A DNA stretch of 64,000 nt from a virus (IMGVR_UViG_3300043411_001076), one strand, 5' to 3'; positions 38,024 to 49,140 are shown, counted from the first letter of the stretch. Program-made: numbers and translations. The notes: generated by a model not told the origin, from the sequence alone.

Positions 38024-39244
38024 TTATGGTGTAGGATTTGTAGGTGTATTAGCAGGTGGATCTACTACACCTGTAACATCCAAATAGTCTTGTAGACCTC
38101 TAGTTATAATCATCCCTGTATTTTTTAATACATAGGGCAAATATTTAGCTGAGTTCTCTACTTGGGTTACGAAAATATTTCCTGCTGATGCTCTATATGC
38201 TGGAGTAACACCTATAATACTAGCAATACCATCCTTAAATAATCCCTTAAGATCTTTTGCCCATTTAGTATCTGTAACTCCTGTCATTTGAGCTATCCCA
38301 AATAACATACTAGCAAATCCTTTTCCTAAAGACACAAGAGGATTTGATCCATCGTCCCTATCGTCATCGTCATCATCGTCGTCTTGATCACGATCATCAA
38401 GTCCATCATCTTTTATATTAAAAGCCTCCTTTATCTTCTTCATAGGTAAGGGAGGTGGTTTAATTTTAGGAATGTGGGTTATTTCCTGTAATGTTGAGTC
38501 AAGAACCTTCTTTACAGACTGTACTAAAGAACCCACTTCTTTAGAATGCACTAATTTTTCATCTATACGAATAGGTATATACTTAGAAGTTATTTTTGCA
38601 GACTCTATATCTAATCTCAGACTAATAGTTATACCGAGAGTATTTAATACAGTAATTGCATTTTCTAACTTAGTCTCCCCTTGGATACGTTTTATTTGTT
38701 TTTCTTTTTGTGCATGGCTTATAAGTGTATTTACTCTATTTTTACCAAGGCATATGGGTAAGAAACTTCCCTCAAGGATATTCCATTTAACCTCTATAGC
38801 TTCTTTCCCATAATTTAACTCAACATTAATACCCTTAATTTTATTACTATTCAAAATATCCCTAATTCTTTGAACTACTTCTCTGACGAAATGTTGTCTC
38901 GGAAATTCACTATTTGACTCTATCTCTTCAATCATTTCAAGCTTATCGTCATCAAAAGAATTTAGCATCAATTTCATGTATTCTTGATTACTTTTTCCAG
39001 ATATAATCAATGCGGGATCTATAGGTGTACTCTCATTTTCTTCTTCTAAAGAAAAACCCATAGAGCCATCTGGATTTTGGGTCATTCTAATTTTTCTTTG
39101 ATTTTGTCCGATTAGATCGGTAATATTGGAAAGACTTGGTAATTGTCCTTGTGGACCTGCATTTTGTCCTTGTGCGGCTATTTTCGAGATTCCTTCAGCA
39201 CCTAATGTGTGAAAGCCTAATTTCATGAAATCTTCTATGTTCAT
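38024..39244 (-). CDS. hypothetical protein with poly-Asp tract
   Basis: DDRDQDDDDDDDDRDDG; start moved to ATG (MNIEDF) preceded by GAGGAA; ORF track gives 39292. Confidence 0.5.
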   Translation of the reverse strand: MNIEDFMKLGFHTLGAEGISKIAAQGQNAGPQGQLPSLSNITDLIGQNQRKIRMTQNPDGSMGFSLEEENESTPIDPALIISGKSNQEYMKLMLNSFDDDKLEMIEEIESNSEFPRQHFVREVVQRIRDILNSNKIKGINVELNYGKEAIEVKWNILEGSFLPICLGKNRVNTLISHAQKEKQIKRIQGETKLENAITVLNTLGITISLRLDIESAKITSKYIPIRIDEKLVHSKEVGSLVQSVKKVLDSTLQEITHIPKIKPPPLPMKKIKEAFNIKDDGLDDRDQDDDDDDDDRDDGSNPLVSLGKGFASMLFGIAQMTGVTDTKWAKDLKGLFKDGIASIIGVTPAYRASAGNIFVTQVENSAKYLPYVLKNTGMIITRGLQDYLDVTGVVDPPANTPTNPTP

Positions 39245-39327
39245 TTTAAATTCCTCAAGGTGTATCGACTGTACAGTATTACATAATACCATAGATTATA
39301 AAATTATTAGTTACGAGGATTAAGCAT

Positions 39328-40119
39328 ATGAGTAAAGGTCTTTCAGAAACTTTAGAGTTTGCTTTAGATAGCAAATCTATCAGACCGTTAGCAAAAAGAT
39401 TAGACCGTATCCTTTCAGAAAAATATGATCTTGAAGGTTATTTAACAGACGAATCTGGATACCCTCAACTTGTATTACAAAAAGGCGATAAAGCAATTGT
39501 TTTAGAATCTAAACAAGATAACCAAGATTCTGACTGCCTTTGGACAGCCACTACATATTATGAAGATGAGTCTAGGGCGTATGTTTGGAAGAGAGACGTT
39601 GTAAATCAAATACTTTGGCTAATTTCTAATAAAAAACCACAAAAATATGAAGTTAATGAACCTATTCGTACTGATACTACAAAAAATGAACCTATAAGAG
39701 GTACTAAAAATAATATGTCTACAGGTAATCCAACAAATAACAAACTTGCCTATGTAAGAGACGTTTTTGATGTTTTATTTAGAATCATGGAAGAAGAGTC
39801 TTTTCCGAAAGAAAGCAGAATGGACCTTATTACTATGGGAGTTAATGAGTTCATAGGACTGAAAGGATTTAATACTATTTTTGAAAATATCCAAAAGAAG
39901 AGAGAAACTAATGCGTTGAGTTCAAAGATCAATCAACTAGAGGAGCTAGTTAAACAACTATCAGCTAGTAATAAACCTGCCCCAGGTGGATTTACAATTA
40001 AAAAATCTAGCGGTGGGACTCGTCAAGAAATTATCCGAGAGGATGATGAAGACGAAGATGAAGATGGTGAATTAAACGATTTCGACCAAGAACTAGAAAA
40101 CATCGAAGACGAAGAGTGA
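39328..40119 (+). CDS. hypothetical protein with acidic C-terminus
   Basis: 263-aa ORF; EDDEDEDEDGELNDFDQELENIEDEE tail. Confidence 0.5.
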   Translation: MSKGLSETLEFALDSKSIRPLAKRLDRILSEKYDLEGYLTDESGYPQLVLQKGDKAIVLESKQDNQDSDCLWTATTYYEDESRAYVWKRDVVNQILWLISNKKPQKYEVNEPIRTDTTKNEPIRGTKNNMSTGNPTNNKLAYVRDVFDVLFRIMEEESFPKESRMDLITMGVNEFIGLKGFNTIFENIQKKRETNALSSKINQLEELVKQLSASNKPAPGGFTIKKSSGGTRQEIIREDDEDEDEDGELNDFDQELENIEDEE

Positions 40120-40129
40120 GGGCAATAAT

Positions 40130-40621
40130 ATGAAAATCAAAAAACCTAGAGTATTTCTTTCTAAAGAATTAGAGGGTCATAAGAACCCTCTAAGAGTTTC
40201 CCTTCAAGAACTAAATAAATTTGCAGAGACACCAGAATATATCTTTTGGTTATGTCATGGAATTAACTTTATTAATTCCAATGCAAAAGAAGCAATTTGG
40301 AATCCAGTTTTTGAATTTATCTATGAAGAAGATAAAACCATGCTCAATAAATGTAAACTAAAACATATTATAAGAGCAATTGAAATAAAAGACTTGGACG
40401 CAAAATCTGCTTTATGGGCCGTACAACCCCCTCTTATCATGTATGAGTTGTCCAGATTTTCTGAAATGAAGCCTGAACTAAGGCTTCCTGCAAATAGCGA
40501 GATTTGGACATACTTTGACACATTCATCTCTAATTTGAATGTACACTCAAAACTCAGTTTAGAAGAAATGACCCATTTCAATCAAGAAGTAAAACAAGAG
40601 TTGTCCGAGATTGTTGATTAA
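40130..40621 (+). CDS. hypothetical protein
   Basis: 163-aa ORF. Confidence 0.45.
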   Translation: MKIKKPRVFLSKELEGHKNPLRVSLQELNKFAETPEYIFWLCHGINFINSNAKEAIWNPVFEFIYEEDKTMLNKCKLKHIIRAIEIKDLDAKSALWAVQPPLIMYELSRFSEMKPELRLPANSEIWTYFDTFISNLNVHSKLSLEEMTHFNQEVKQELSEIVD

Positions 40622-40690
40622 ATCTCTCGTTTTTTCTTATTAACAATAGGTGGGAGGGTTTATTTAACCTGTTTTGTTAGTAGGAATAAA

Positions 40691-42235
40691 ATGAACGACA
40701 ATCAAGAACTCGGATGTCTGTATCTAAACCCAGAAGATTTACAAAATTTCTTCTGGGCCTCCCTCTCTGAGAGAGGTCACAAAAATGAACCTACCGCTTG
40801 GTCATTTAGACAGGCTATCACATGGTACATTGAACTTTATAGTAAAGGTTGGGACTCTGTCCCATTCTTTTTTGTTTATGACTTGGGATTGCTTCTTATG
40901 GAAGCTAATAAATTTCAATTCCGAAACTATTCGGAAACAGATGTTACGAAAAACACAGAAGAAGTTAACGCCCAGATTAGTCGTCGTGTAACCTATCAAA
41001 ATAGAATCTTAAATAGATTTTTGGCTCTCCCTGTATTTAGTGAATTACATGATTTTGTGGTAGAATCGAAAAACCCAAAATTGCAAATTGCAGCTATTTT
41101 GTCTTACTGGTTAGAACCAATTAAGAAATCTAACATTGAGTCTGTGCAGACATCTGCACAAATTCTAAGACAACTTACAAGTCCAGCTATTACTGTAGAA
41201 GAGGCTAGAGTAGCGGTAGAACAGTTACTAGAAGCCCCTAATTATTTCTATGATCAACTTGAAGAAGTTATCCGAGTAATGTCGGAGACACATCTGTCAA
41301 ACTTAATCCAGCCCGAAGACATTTTTATTATTAAAAATATCGAGGCGTTAAGCAGTGACGCCCTGCGTCTTTCTGCAAAGCAAGTAGTAGGTATTGAACA
41401 ACAAATGGGAGATGTAGACCATCCTCCCGTACATATGAGAAAAGAAGCACCCCAAGCACACGTTAATCTTTCAGACGTAGGTTTATATCCTCAAGGTGGA
41501 TTAGATCAACTTTCTAATAGAGGAAGTATTGAAAATCTTGTAAGAACTGAATTGGCTTATGTAGACGATAAAGCCGATATTGATATGTTTACTATGCGTT
41601 ATCTTGAGGGTGAGCTTCTATACTACACTAGAGATGAGGCACAGCTTCTAAGAAGAAACAGAACTACTCATATTTCCCTTGAGTTCGGGCACGCTCACCA
41701 TATCAAATACCCTAACCATCCAACTCAAATGTCTATTCTTTTACGGGCTATGACAGCCCGATTAATTGACGATTTATTTAAGTTATTTGCTAATGACTCA
41801 TTAAAAGTTATTTTACATATCCATGATATTAGATCTTCTGATGCTGTAGAACTGTGGAAAATCCGATTCAAAGATCAGTTGACTAGAAGTGATATGCAAT
41901 TAAATGTTGTAAACTCTCCTCCATTTGCTAATGTGAAAAAGAAAGACTTTAAAGCTTTGCAAGAAGAAACTGCTAAATACATTGATACTGGTAGATACTC
42001 TACATTAATACGCATTTCTCCGTTAGAACCTCTTTCTAATGAAGAATTAAGTCTTGCAGGTAGACAGGGATTAAATATCCTGCATCTACAATGTCCTTTC
42101 AAAAAGCCTGCTGAGAAAAAAGAGGACGTACCAACCCAACAAAAATTTATTGGTGTAACTTCAGATGATAGAAATATTATCGAAAGCCTACACGAAGCTA
42201 GAAAGTATCTCTTGTGGACTCTCTTAGGTTGCTGA
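40691..42235 (+). CDS. hypothetical protein (514 aa)
   Basis: Long ORF; followed by bidirectional terminator. Confidence 0.55.
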   Translation: MNDNQELGCLYLNPEDLQNFFWASLSERGHKNEPTAWSFRQAITWYIELYSKGWDSVPFFFVYDLGLLLMEANKFQFRNYSETDVTKNTEEVNAQISRRVTYQNRILNRFLALPVFSELHDFVVESKNPKLQIAAILSYWLEPIKKSNIESVQTSAQILRQLTSPAITVEEARVAVEQLLEAPNYFYDQLEEVIRVMSETHLSNLIQPEDIFIIKNIEALSSDALRLSAKQVVGIEQQMGDVDHPPVHMRKEAPQAHVNLSDVGLYPQGGLDQLSNRGSIENLVRTELAYVDDKADIDMFTMRYLEGELLYYTRDEAQLLRRNRTTHISLEFGHAHHIKYPNHPTQMSILLRAMTARLIDDLFKLFANDSLKVILHIHDIRSSDAVELWKIRFKDQLTRSDMQLNVVNSPPFANVKKKDFKALQEETAKYIDTGRYSTLIRISPLEPLSNEELSLAGRQGLNILHLQCPFKKPAEKKEDVPTQQKFIGVTSDDRNIIESLHEARKYLLWTLLGC

Positions 42236-42258
42236 TACACATTATAATAAGATAAAAG

Positions 42259-42290
42259 AAAAGCCCCAATTAAGGGGCTTTTCTTTTATC
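42259..42290. terminator. bidirectional intrinsic terminator
   Basis: AAAGCCCC-aattaa-GGGGCTTT then TTCTTTTATC; between convergent genes. Confidence 0.65.
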
Positions 42291-42297
42291 TACTCAT

Positions 42298-42723
42298 TTA
42301 TATATTTCTAAGTAACTCACACCTATGTATCTCATCATTAAATAGATTAACTAGTTTAGTCATTAATTTATCTACTAATTCTGGAAGATAGTACAGAAGG
42401 CTGCTAATAATTTGTTCGTCAGTAGTTTGTTTTTCGTCAAATGGCAATTGAAATAATCTATGTGCATGATATACTTTATCTGCATGTTCTTCTAAATTCT
42501 CAAAACATATAAATTCCGTTTTCTCTTGGTCTATAAAAAATTCGAAATGAAAATAACGTGGATCTAAACGAGTAACAATCCCCCCAAACCAACCGGGATT
42601 GTTCGGAAAGTGGGCATAGTTTTCATGGTACTGACAATACCGAATGTTTCGATCAAATACACAGCCTTGTTTTTCAAATAGATCTTGAAATTTATCTAAC
42701 AGGATATTTAGTCTATCTTCCAT
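42298..42723 (-). CDS. hypothetical protein
   Basis: 141-aa ORF. Confidence 0.45.
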   Translation of the reverse strand: MEDRLNILLDKFQDLFEKQGCVFDRNIRYCQYHENYAHFPNNPGWFGGIVTRLDPRYFHFEFFIDQEKTEFICFENLEEHADKVYHAHRLFQLPFDEKQTTDEQIISSLLYYLPELVDKLMTKLVNLFNDEIHRCELLRNI

Positions 42724-43171
42724 GAGTTAATCCTTTTTTATCCTCTTCGTAGTCTTCGGACACTGACAAGAAAAACTCTTGCGCTATTAAATCCTGCTGA
42801 TAATCATCAGCAGCTATAAAAATACTTGATTTAAGACTTGATTTTAATGATTTAAATAAACGGTCAAGTATATTTGAGGATTGTTCTTCAATATCTCCAG
42901 TAGAGTTAAAGGTCAATAGACAAATATTAACATAACTCCCTGTTCCCTTAAAATCCTCGTAAAAAATTATATCCTGTTTGTTAAATACCCTGATCTTAAT
43001 ACTTGGCTTTCTAAACGTAGTATAGGGGACTTTAAAATGAATAACATTTTGATACGACCCATAAAGGCCGTCATTTTGGTTTTCTGTCCTAACCACCCTA
43101 TCTACAGAGATACCTTTTTCTGTAAAAATTTCGCAGATCTTGGCTGTTACATGATTTAGCATAGTGGACAT
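42713..43171 (-). CDS. hypothetical protein
   Basis: 152-aa ORF directly downstream of the helicase gene. Confidence 0.45.
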   Translation of the reverse strand: MSTMLNHVTAKICEIFTEKGISVDRVVRTENQNDGLYGSYQNVIHFKVPYTTFRKPSIKIRVFNKQDIIFYEDFKGTGSYVNICLLTFNSTGDIEEQSSNILDRLFKSLKSSLKSSIFIAADDYQQDLIAQEFFLSVSEDYEEDKKGLTHGR

Positions 43172-43172
43172 G

Positions 43173-46100
43173 TTATTCCTCTAGTTTTTCTTTTTCTTCG
43201 TTATCAACTGGAAGAACGTCTTCCAATTCCGTATTTTCTTTCTGCTGTAAATTATTAAGATCTATAATACAAGACTCATCAATAAACATTGAGGGTCCAG
43301 AATCTTTATTCATATGGTCTTTTCTAGACCATACAGCCAATACAGTTTCCTCACCTCTTGTAATAGCTACATAGGCAAGTCTTCGTTCCTCTCTTATTTT
43401 ATTATTGTACTTGTAGACATTTTCTGATTTAGGATGGTCATAGATAGGTTTCTTATTATTCTTAGGACCAACTAAAAATAATCTACGGCCATCTGGAAAT
43501 GTAGTACTATTCATAACTATAAATACGTGTTTGGCTTCTAATCCTTTCCACATGTGAACAGTATAAATCGGAACTGCATCTTCTTCACCAGCCTTAATTT
43601 TATTCTTATTCGATTCAGCTATTTTCTTTAATTTAAAGAAATAGTCAACAACTGTCTTAATATCATTTATACCGTACTCTTCGGTTTCCCCCTTCTTTTG
43701 AGAAGCCGATAATATCTGCTTTAATGATAGAACGACAGGTAGATCATATTTTTTTACAACTGGAGCATTTGTGTCTGTTGATACTTCTAATGACTCTTCA
43801 GAGTCGTCTGTAACGGTATCATCTTGGACATCCTCATTTACATCATTTTTTACTTCTTTATCTAAATCTTTTAAAGCATCTCTCAATGTCTTTCTATTTG
43901 GATTACCGTCTTTATAATCTAGCATGTAGTCTAGTAAAGAATCAAATGAAATATCTGCTTCTGCCGCTTTTGCCCTAATATCTAAACACATCTTTGCATG
44001 GGATAATAAACTAGACTCCATAGACTTCTTAGAATAAACTGGCATAGATTGACTTAAAACAAGCCGTAAAATACCCTGCTCATTTAATAGTCTATCAAAC
44101 CTAGAATTTGTGTTTGTAAGTTGTATAATTTTCTTCTTTAAAGTGTCAGCAGATAAACCTGTTTCTGGAAAAGAAAGAGTGGCATAGAACATATCTGCTA
44201 ATTTATCCCGATCATCTACGACTGCTAAACTCAACCAATTTATTAGTCTAGTGAGTACAGGATCAGACATCATCGATTTTGATTTTATATAAGGAATTTG
44301 ATATTTTAAAGCAGCTAATTCAAAACCATGAGATTCATCATTTACCCTAATAACAATACCAAAATCTTTCCACTTTAAGTCTTGTCTTTCGTCTTTTAGT
44401 ACTCTTACTTCTTTCATTACATATTCACATAACTCGGAATAGCTATCAAATCCCCTAGAAGCAACCAATCCTGAACCCTTATGAGGAGTAGCCTGACATG
44501 CCATAGGAATTTGATAAGACGAGTTATGACTTATCAATGTATTAGCTGCATCTACTATCTGTTCTCCAGATCTATAATTTGTGGATAGTAAAATAGTTTT
44601 AAAATTTCCACTTTGTAAATCTGATCTGTGAATAAATTCTTCTGGGTCTGCTGATCTAAAAGAGTAGATAGAATTATGACTTAGTACATTATTTCCAAAG
44701 AAATTAGATGCGTCATTCACATCTAAGTCTATGAAAGAATCTTCTACTTTCTCCACAGATACTATTTTATCTTCATAGACATTTCCAAAATCATCTATAC
44801 ATATAACTCCCATTCCGACCTGCACGGTCATACTCATCATTAATTCAAAAAATTTCCCATTAAACCCTATTTTTTCTACGATATGCTGTCCATATGAAGT
44901 TGCAAATGTAAGGGCCTCTCTGTAATTATCAAAATTATGCATACCATTTAAATATTTGACAACAGTTCCTCTATCTGTATGTGCCAAAATATTTACATAA
45001 TTCTTATAAGACCTGTTACTGGAATCACTTGACACCCAAATCCTATGATTTGGTGACATAATTAATAGATTACCTGTATCTGTCGTTATCTTATATCCCC
45101 AAGTCCAAGATGTCTCACAAACATGAGATACAACTTGCTCAACTACTTCAGCATTTCTATAAGAAAGTATCTTATCTCCTATGTTTACCTCTGATAATAA
45201 CTTGTAACCATCTTTAGTAGAAATACAGGTAGTTGCGCTAAGACACTGTTTGTCATCCCCAATTATAGAATAAACTTCAGCAGTTAAACCTCTTGCAGGG
45301 CGAGATTTATCTTTGATTTCCCAAGTTGCATCAGTTGCAGGGTTTCTGATTCCTGCAATATATTCAAAGAATCTGTGTTGAGCAGCATTAAGATCCTGTC
45401 CCTCATCAATAAGAACAACTTTAAATCTGGATTGTAATTGGGACCGGGCATTTGAATTATGCTGCATTAAATCACCAAATGCCCATAATGTATCTGTCCT
45501 ATCAAGAGGAAATTCATTACCTAATACTTTCTGAATACTAGGCTCATTTCTCTTTAACCATTCATAAGCACCCCATACCGCTAACATACAGGGTGATTCT
45601 GGTGGTATATGAGAATTATCTTTTTCCTCTCCTGTCTCTGAATAAGTATTGTAAAAGTCCTTATACTTATCCCATAACTCTTCTGGATTTCTGAACTTGC
45701 CGCTTAATCTAGCAACAGCGGAAGCTGCATCCTTTATAGTCAATTTATAAGGATATCCGATATTAAACCACTGATTAGCAGGTTTGTATAAGTAGGGACT
45801 CTTCTTTGCTTCTTGAGCTACTAGATTTCTTTTAGACTCTTGTTCTGTGGAGTCTTGAAATGACGCTAATTTTGAAATTTCAGATCCTGTCTGAATCCCT
45901 GTTATATCCTTAAAATAAGATTTCCCACTGTTTGATTTAGAAAAATTGAAATCAGTGAGTCCAATAAATAACTCTATTCTTTCTATGTCTCTTTCAGAAA
46001 TTTGGGATTTAATATTAGGAGAGATACTTGTTATATCATTAGAGTAATTATTAGTGATCGTATTTCTTAATAATTTTAGGGTTGCATTAGATAAATTTAA

Positions 46101-48125
46101 TCTCTTAGTTCTCCCATATTCTTCTATGGAATCTTTTAATCTAAAACCTATATCGGAATCAGAGGCAACAACAATATTTAAAAACTTCACTAGAGCATAG
46201 TCTAATGAGTCATCATCATTAAACATCCCTACTTGACATACAGCCGCTCTTAATAAAGAATTAAATAAGTCCGTCTTATCGGTAAAATAAAACATTCTCT
46301 TTACGTATCTATCTTTACCATATTTTAAGAGTAAAGAAGCTACGGTACTATCTATAGTCCTACCGATATATAGGTTATCGCCTTTTAATCCGTCTTTAGC
46401 CATTCCTAAAAAATGTTCACATCGTTCCCTTAATTCCTGTGAAGATTTTCTAGTAAATGAATTTGCTATGATTTCTTCTGGACGAGCTAATCCAGACTCA
46501 ATACTTTTAGCAACTGTCCCTGCCATCGCTCTTGTTTTTCCAGATCCTGCACCCGCAGCAACTATTGATGATCCTCGTTGTAAGATAACTTGGGTCTGTT
46601 CTGAAGAAAAACCAATTCTCTTAATAAGATCATTTTGTCTATTATTTACAGCTTGATTAGCTATAGTAGCTGTAATGGCTTCATAGTTAGGGGTGGTTTT
46701 TAATACTTCATCTAGTTTCGTCTTCTCTTGATGCAAAGATAATGAAGCTGCATCGTATAAATTACCTGTGGACACATTAGCCAGAGTTTCTAACTCAGAA
46801 ACCTTTGCAGCCAGTCTATTTGCTGCCAATGCCTCGGAAGATATCCTATCGACAGCACTACGTTCTATTCCTAATCGAGTGCAGACAGTATCCATCCATT
46901 CAGACGTACCTAAAAAACTACGATAATTAGGAATCGTAGACAGTTCACCTATTAAACCTTTTCTATTTCCCTTTTTCTCTGAAAATATTCTTAATAAATT
47001 TGAAATGTCTTCTCTTAAATGTAACGGAAAGAAATTTGTAAATTCAGCATTTTCAGAAGAAATATCGATAATCTTCTTAACATTAATAATAACCTTTTTC
47101 CAGTCTCCCTTATCAAAGGATAACAAGTCCAAGGGTTCTAGTAATGCTTCCAGATCGGTATTTCCATTTACAATGGGATTTAGAATATTTAAAAATGATG
47201 CTTTAATAGTCCTTGTATGTTTATTGGCTATTAAAAGACCAGAAGCCGATAGATTCTTTGATTCTGGTGATTCAATCAAAGTAACTAGAAATAAGACTGT
47301 GATAAAGTTGAATCCGTCAATAAAGGATTCATATGATACGGATCTAGCTAAATTGTTATTAACAACAGACTCTTCCTCTAAACCTTCACTCTTCTTAATT
47401 GTCACAGGAACAGATACAGAGATTACGTCGTCTACCGTTTTAATGCCTGTAGAACTATCATCCTCAGAATCAGTATCTGAGGATGAGTCCATCACTATAT
47501 TTTTAGATAAGAAGAAATTATCAGGATGCCCTGTTATTGTAATGTAATGGTTCTCTGTGAGCCAGTTTTTCAAATCTGATATTTGATTTTCTTTTAACTT
47601 TGACCAATCAACTGTAAATGAACCTTTTAAATTAATCGGTGAATTTATATATTTTACACTAACTCCCGATCCTATTAAATCTCGTATTTCCTTCCTTACA
47701 TTTGATATTTCATCAACAGAGAGTCTAAAAATAATAGGAGATGTGATAGAGTCTCCCTCATCTGTATTTTCAGATAGAACAGTGTCTGCTTTCAAGGCAA
47801 ATATATTATTGATGCCTTCTGATATAGCAGTTAACTGGATTTTTGGAGCGTTAATACCTCCAATAGATTTTACATCAAGATTAAATTCAGTAAGAAATGA
47901 TAAAATCTGTTCTAATTGTTCTCTTGTCAACCTTCTGGTTGTTTTTATGGAGAACGACCCATAACTAATTGGATCTTGGCTGTCTAAATTTACAACGATA
48001 TTAACAGGTAGAAGAGGGTATCGTTTTGTTAGCTGTTTATCTATCTTATTTATCTGAGATTCAGATAATCTTATAAAAGTACGTTTTGCAGCCAATTTAT
48101 TCAGACAAGATGCAATTTTAAACAT
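43173..48125 (-). CDS. 1650-aa protein: ~500-aa unknown N-terminal region fused to a UvrD/PcrA-like SF1 helicase interrupted by a mini-intein
   Basis: Walker A AAGAGSGKTRAMAG, motif II VVLIDEGQDLN, motif III IIGDDKQ|SIYSFRSA split by the intein, motif VI TVHMWKGLEAKHVFIV, RRLAYVAITRGEETV. Confidence 0.8.
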   Translation of the reverse strand: MFKIASCLNKLAAKRTFIRLSESQINKIDKQLTKRYPLLPVNIVVNLDSQDPISYGSFSIKTTRRLTREQLEQILSFLTEFNLDVKSIGGINAPKIQLTAISEGINNIFALKADTVLSENTDEGDSITSPIIFRLSVDEISNVRKEIRDLIGSGVSVKYINSPINLKGSFTVDWSKLKENQISDLKNWLTENHYITITGHPDNFFLSKNIVMDSSSDTDSEDDSSTGIKTVDDVISVSVPVTIKKSEGLEEESVVNNNLARSVSYESFIDGFNFITVLFLVTLIESPESKNLSASGLLIANKHTRTIKASFLNILNPIVNGNTDLEALLEPLDLLSFDKGDWKKVIINVKKIIDISSENAEFTNFFPLHLREDISNLLRIFSEKKGNRKGLIGELSTIPNYRSFLGTSEWMDTVCTRLGIERSAVDRISSEALAANRLAAKVSELETLANVSTGNLYDAASLSLHQEKTKLDEVLKTTPNYEAITATIANQAVNNRQNDLIKRIGFSSEQTQVILQRGSSIVAAGAGSGKTRAMAGTVAKSIESGLARPEEIIANSFTRKSSQELRERCEHFLGMAKDGLKGDNLYIGRTIDSTVASLLLKYGKDRYVKRMFYFTDKTDLFNSLLRAAVCQVGMFNDDDSLDYALVKFLNIVVASDSDIGFRLKDSIEEYGRTKRLNLSNATLKLLRNTITNNYSNDITSISPNIKSQISERDIERIELFIGLTDFNFSKSNSGKSYFKDITGIQTGSEISKLASFQDSTEQESKRNLVAQEAKKSPYLYKPANQWFNIGYPYKLTIKDAASAVARLSGKFRNPEELWDKYKDFYNTYSETGEEKDNSHIPPESPCMLAVWGAYEWLKRNEPSIQKVLGNEFPLDRTDTLWAFGDLMQHNSNARSQLQSRFKVVLIDEGQDLNAAQHRFFEYIAGIRNPATDATWEIKDKSRPARGLTAEVYSIIGDDKQCLSATTCISTKDGYKLLSEVNIGDKILSYRNAEVVEQVVSHVCETSWTWGYKITTDTGNLLIMSPNHRIWVSSDSSNRSYKNYVNILAHTDRGTVVKYLNGMHNFDNYREALTFATSYGQHIVEKIGFNGKFFELMMSMTVQVGMGVICIDDFGNVYEDKIVSVEKVEDSFIDLDVNDASNFFGNNVLSHNSIYSFRSADPEEFIHRSDLQSGNFKTILLSTNYRSGEQIVDAANTLISHNSSYQIPMACQATPHKGSGLVASRGFDSYSELCEYVMKEVRVLKDERQDLKWKDFGIVIRVNDESHGFELAALKYQIPYIKSKSMMSDPVLTRLINWLSLAVVDDRDKLADMFYATLSFPETGLSADTLKKKIIQLTNTNSRFDRLLNEQGILRLVLSQSMPVYSKKSMESSLLSHAKMCLDIRAKAAEADISFDSLLDYMLDYKDGNPNRKTLRDALKDLDKEVKNDVNEDVQDDTVTDDSEESLEVSTDTNAPVVKKYDLPVVLSLKQILSASQKKGETEEYGINDIKTVVDYFFKLKKIAESNKNKIKAGEEDAVPIYTVHMWKGLEAKHVFIVMNSTTFPDGRRLFLVGPKNNKKPIYDHPKSENVYKYNNKIREERRLAYVAITRGEETVLAVWSRKDHMNKDSGPSMFIDESCIIDLNNLQQKENTELEDVLPVDNEEKEKLEE
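44673..45245 (-). mobile_element. mini-intein (191 aa) in helicase motif III
   Basis: CLSATTCIST... (block A), SPNHRIW (block B), IDLDVNDASNFFGNNVLSHN followed by +1 Ser; excision restores GDDKQSIYSFR. Confidence 0.7.
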
Positions 48126-48186
48126 TTTTCATAATCTCTTGATTTAATCTAATAAAAATTGTTTATCCTTCTAAGATCAAAATAGA

Positions 48187-48786
48187 TTATTTAGAACTTA
48201 CAGGGATTATAATCCTTTTCTCATTATCGTTTTTAATAGCTGTATGAGATTCTTTTTCTTTAGATAGAGCCTTATCTAAATCTTGTTTATTTAATTTTTC
48301 TATGTTCGCTTTTCCAGCTTCAATAACTCTAAACAATTCCCTCTGATCTTCTGTAAGTTTCCAAGACCCGTCATATCTATTAGTAAGTCCAACAGTGCCA
48401 GACTTTACTCGTTTAACAATAAATGGGTCCAATTTCTTAAACTGGATTACCCAATTCATTGAAAACACCTCCCCCGATTTCACCATAATAGGATCTCCCA
48501 AAGATAATTTCTGCCTAAAAATCTCCTCTCCTGTTCTTATCTGTAATGACAAATCTAAATAATAGACGGGCAGATAGAATTCTGGCTTGGTAAAAGGGAT
48601 AGTAAAATCGATGGATAAGACAGCGTCACCTAATACTGGCTTTCTATCAAAAATATTAACCATCCCAAATCCAACCACTTCTATCTGAAGATCATTTGCA
48701 TCTATTAATCTATTTATAGCGTCTTGCTCATCCTCTGATAGAGGAGCATAGGCAAACGATTCATTTTTCCCGCCTAAAATATTCAT
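48187..48786 (-). CDS. hypothetical protein
   Basis: 199-aa ORF. Confidence 0.45.
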   Translation of the reverse strand: MNILGGKNESFAYAPLSEDEQDAINRLIDANDLQIEVVGFGMVNIFDRKPVLGDAVLSIDFTIPFTKPEFYLPVYYLDLSLQIRTGEEIFRQKLSLGDPIMVKSGEVFSMNWVIQFKKLDPFIVKRVKSGTVGLTNRYDGSWKLTEDQRELFRVIEAGKANIEKLNKQDLDKALSKEKESHTAIKNDNEKRIIIPVSSK

Positions 48787-48791
48787 AATTA

Positions 48792-49115
48792 TTATCCCCT
48801 TAGGAGTATCGATGGAATATGTGTATTTTGCATATTAGCAATGTCTTTATCTAAAGCCTCCCAATCAGGCAGTAGATACCGCACATTTGGATTATTTTCT
48901 ATAAGTAAAGTTAATCTTTCTTGTTCTTCAGGAAGAAGTGTTTCAAATATAATGTTAAAGTCAGTTCTTGCTTTAGGAACCCTATATAAATAGTATAGGA
49001 TTTCTTCATCTGATATAATAGCTGGATTCTCTGGATCTCCAGGTATACCTTTTAAGAAATTTCTATTAGTTTCATCATACCACCATTTACCTGGAAGAAC
49101 AGATTCCCCTGGCAT
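48792..49115 (-). CDS. hypothetical protein
   Basis: 107-aa ORF. Confidence 0.4.
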   Translation of the reverse strand: MPGESVLPGKWWYDETNRNFLKGIPGDPENPAIISDEEILYYLYRVPKARTDFNIIFETLLPEEQERLTLLIENNPNVRYLLPDWEALDKDIANMQNTHIPSILLRG

Positions 49116-49140
49116 ATGTCTACCTCAAGAGTGAATTAAT

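Noticed and set aside
47005-47547. 180-aa + strand ORF (and other + strand ORFs 46468-47964) inside the helicase gene
   Set aside because: It lies antisense within a well-supported 1650-aa CDS with helicase motifs, and is low-complexity and S-rich. It is judged a spurious antisense ORF, as are 2762-3034, 24145-24454, 33002-34606, 52450-53670, 58527-58797 and 62429-62830.
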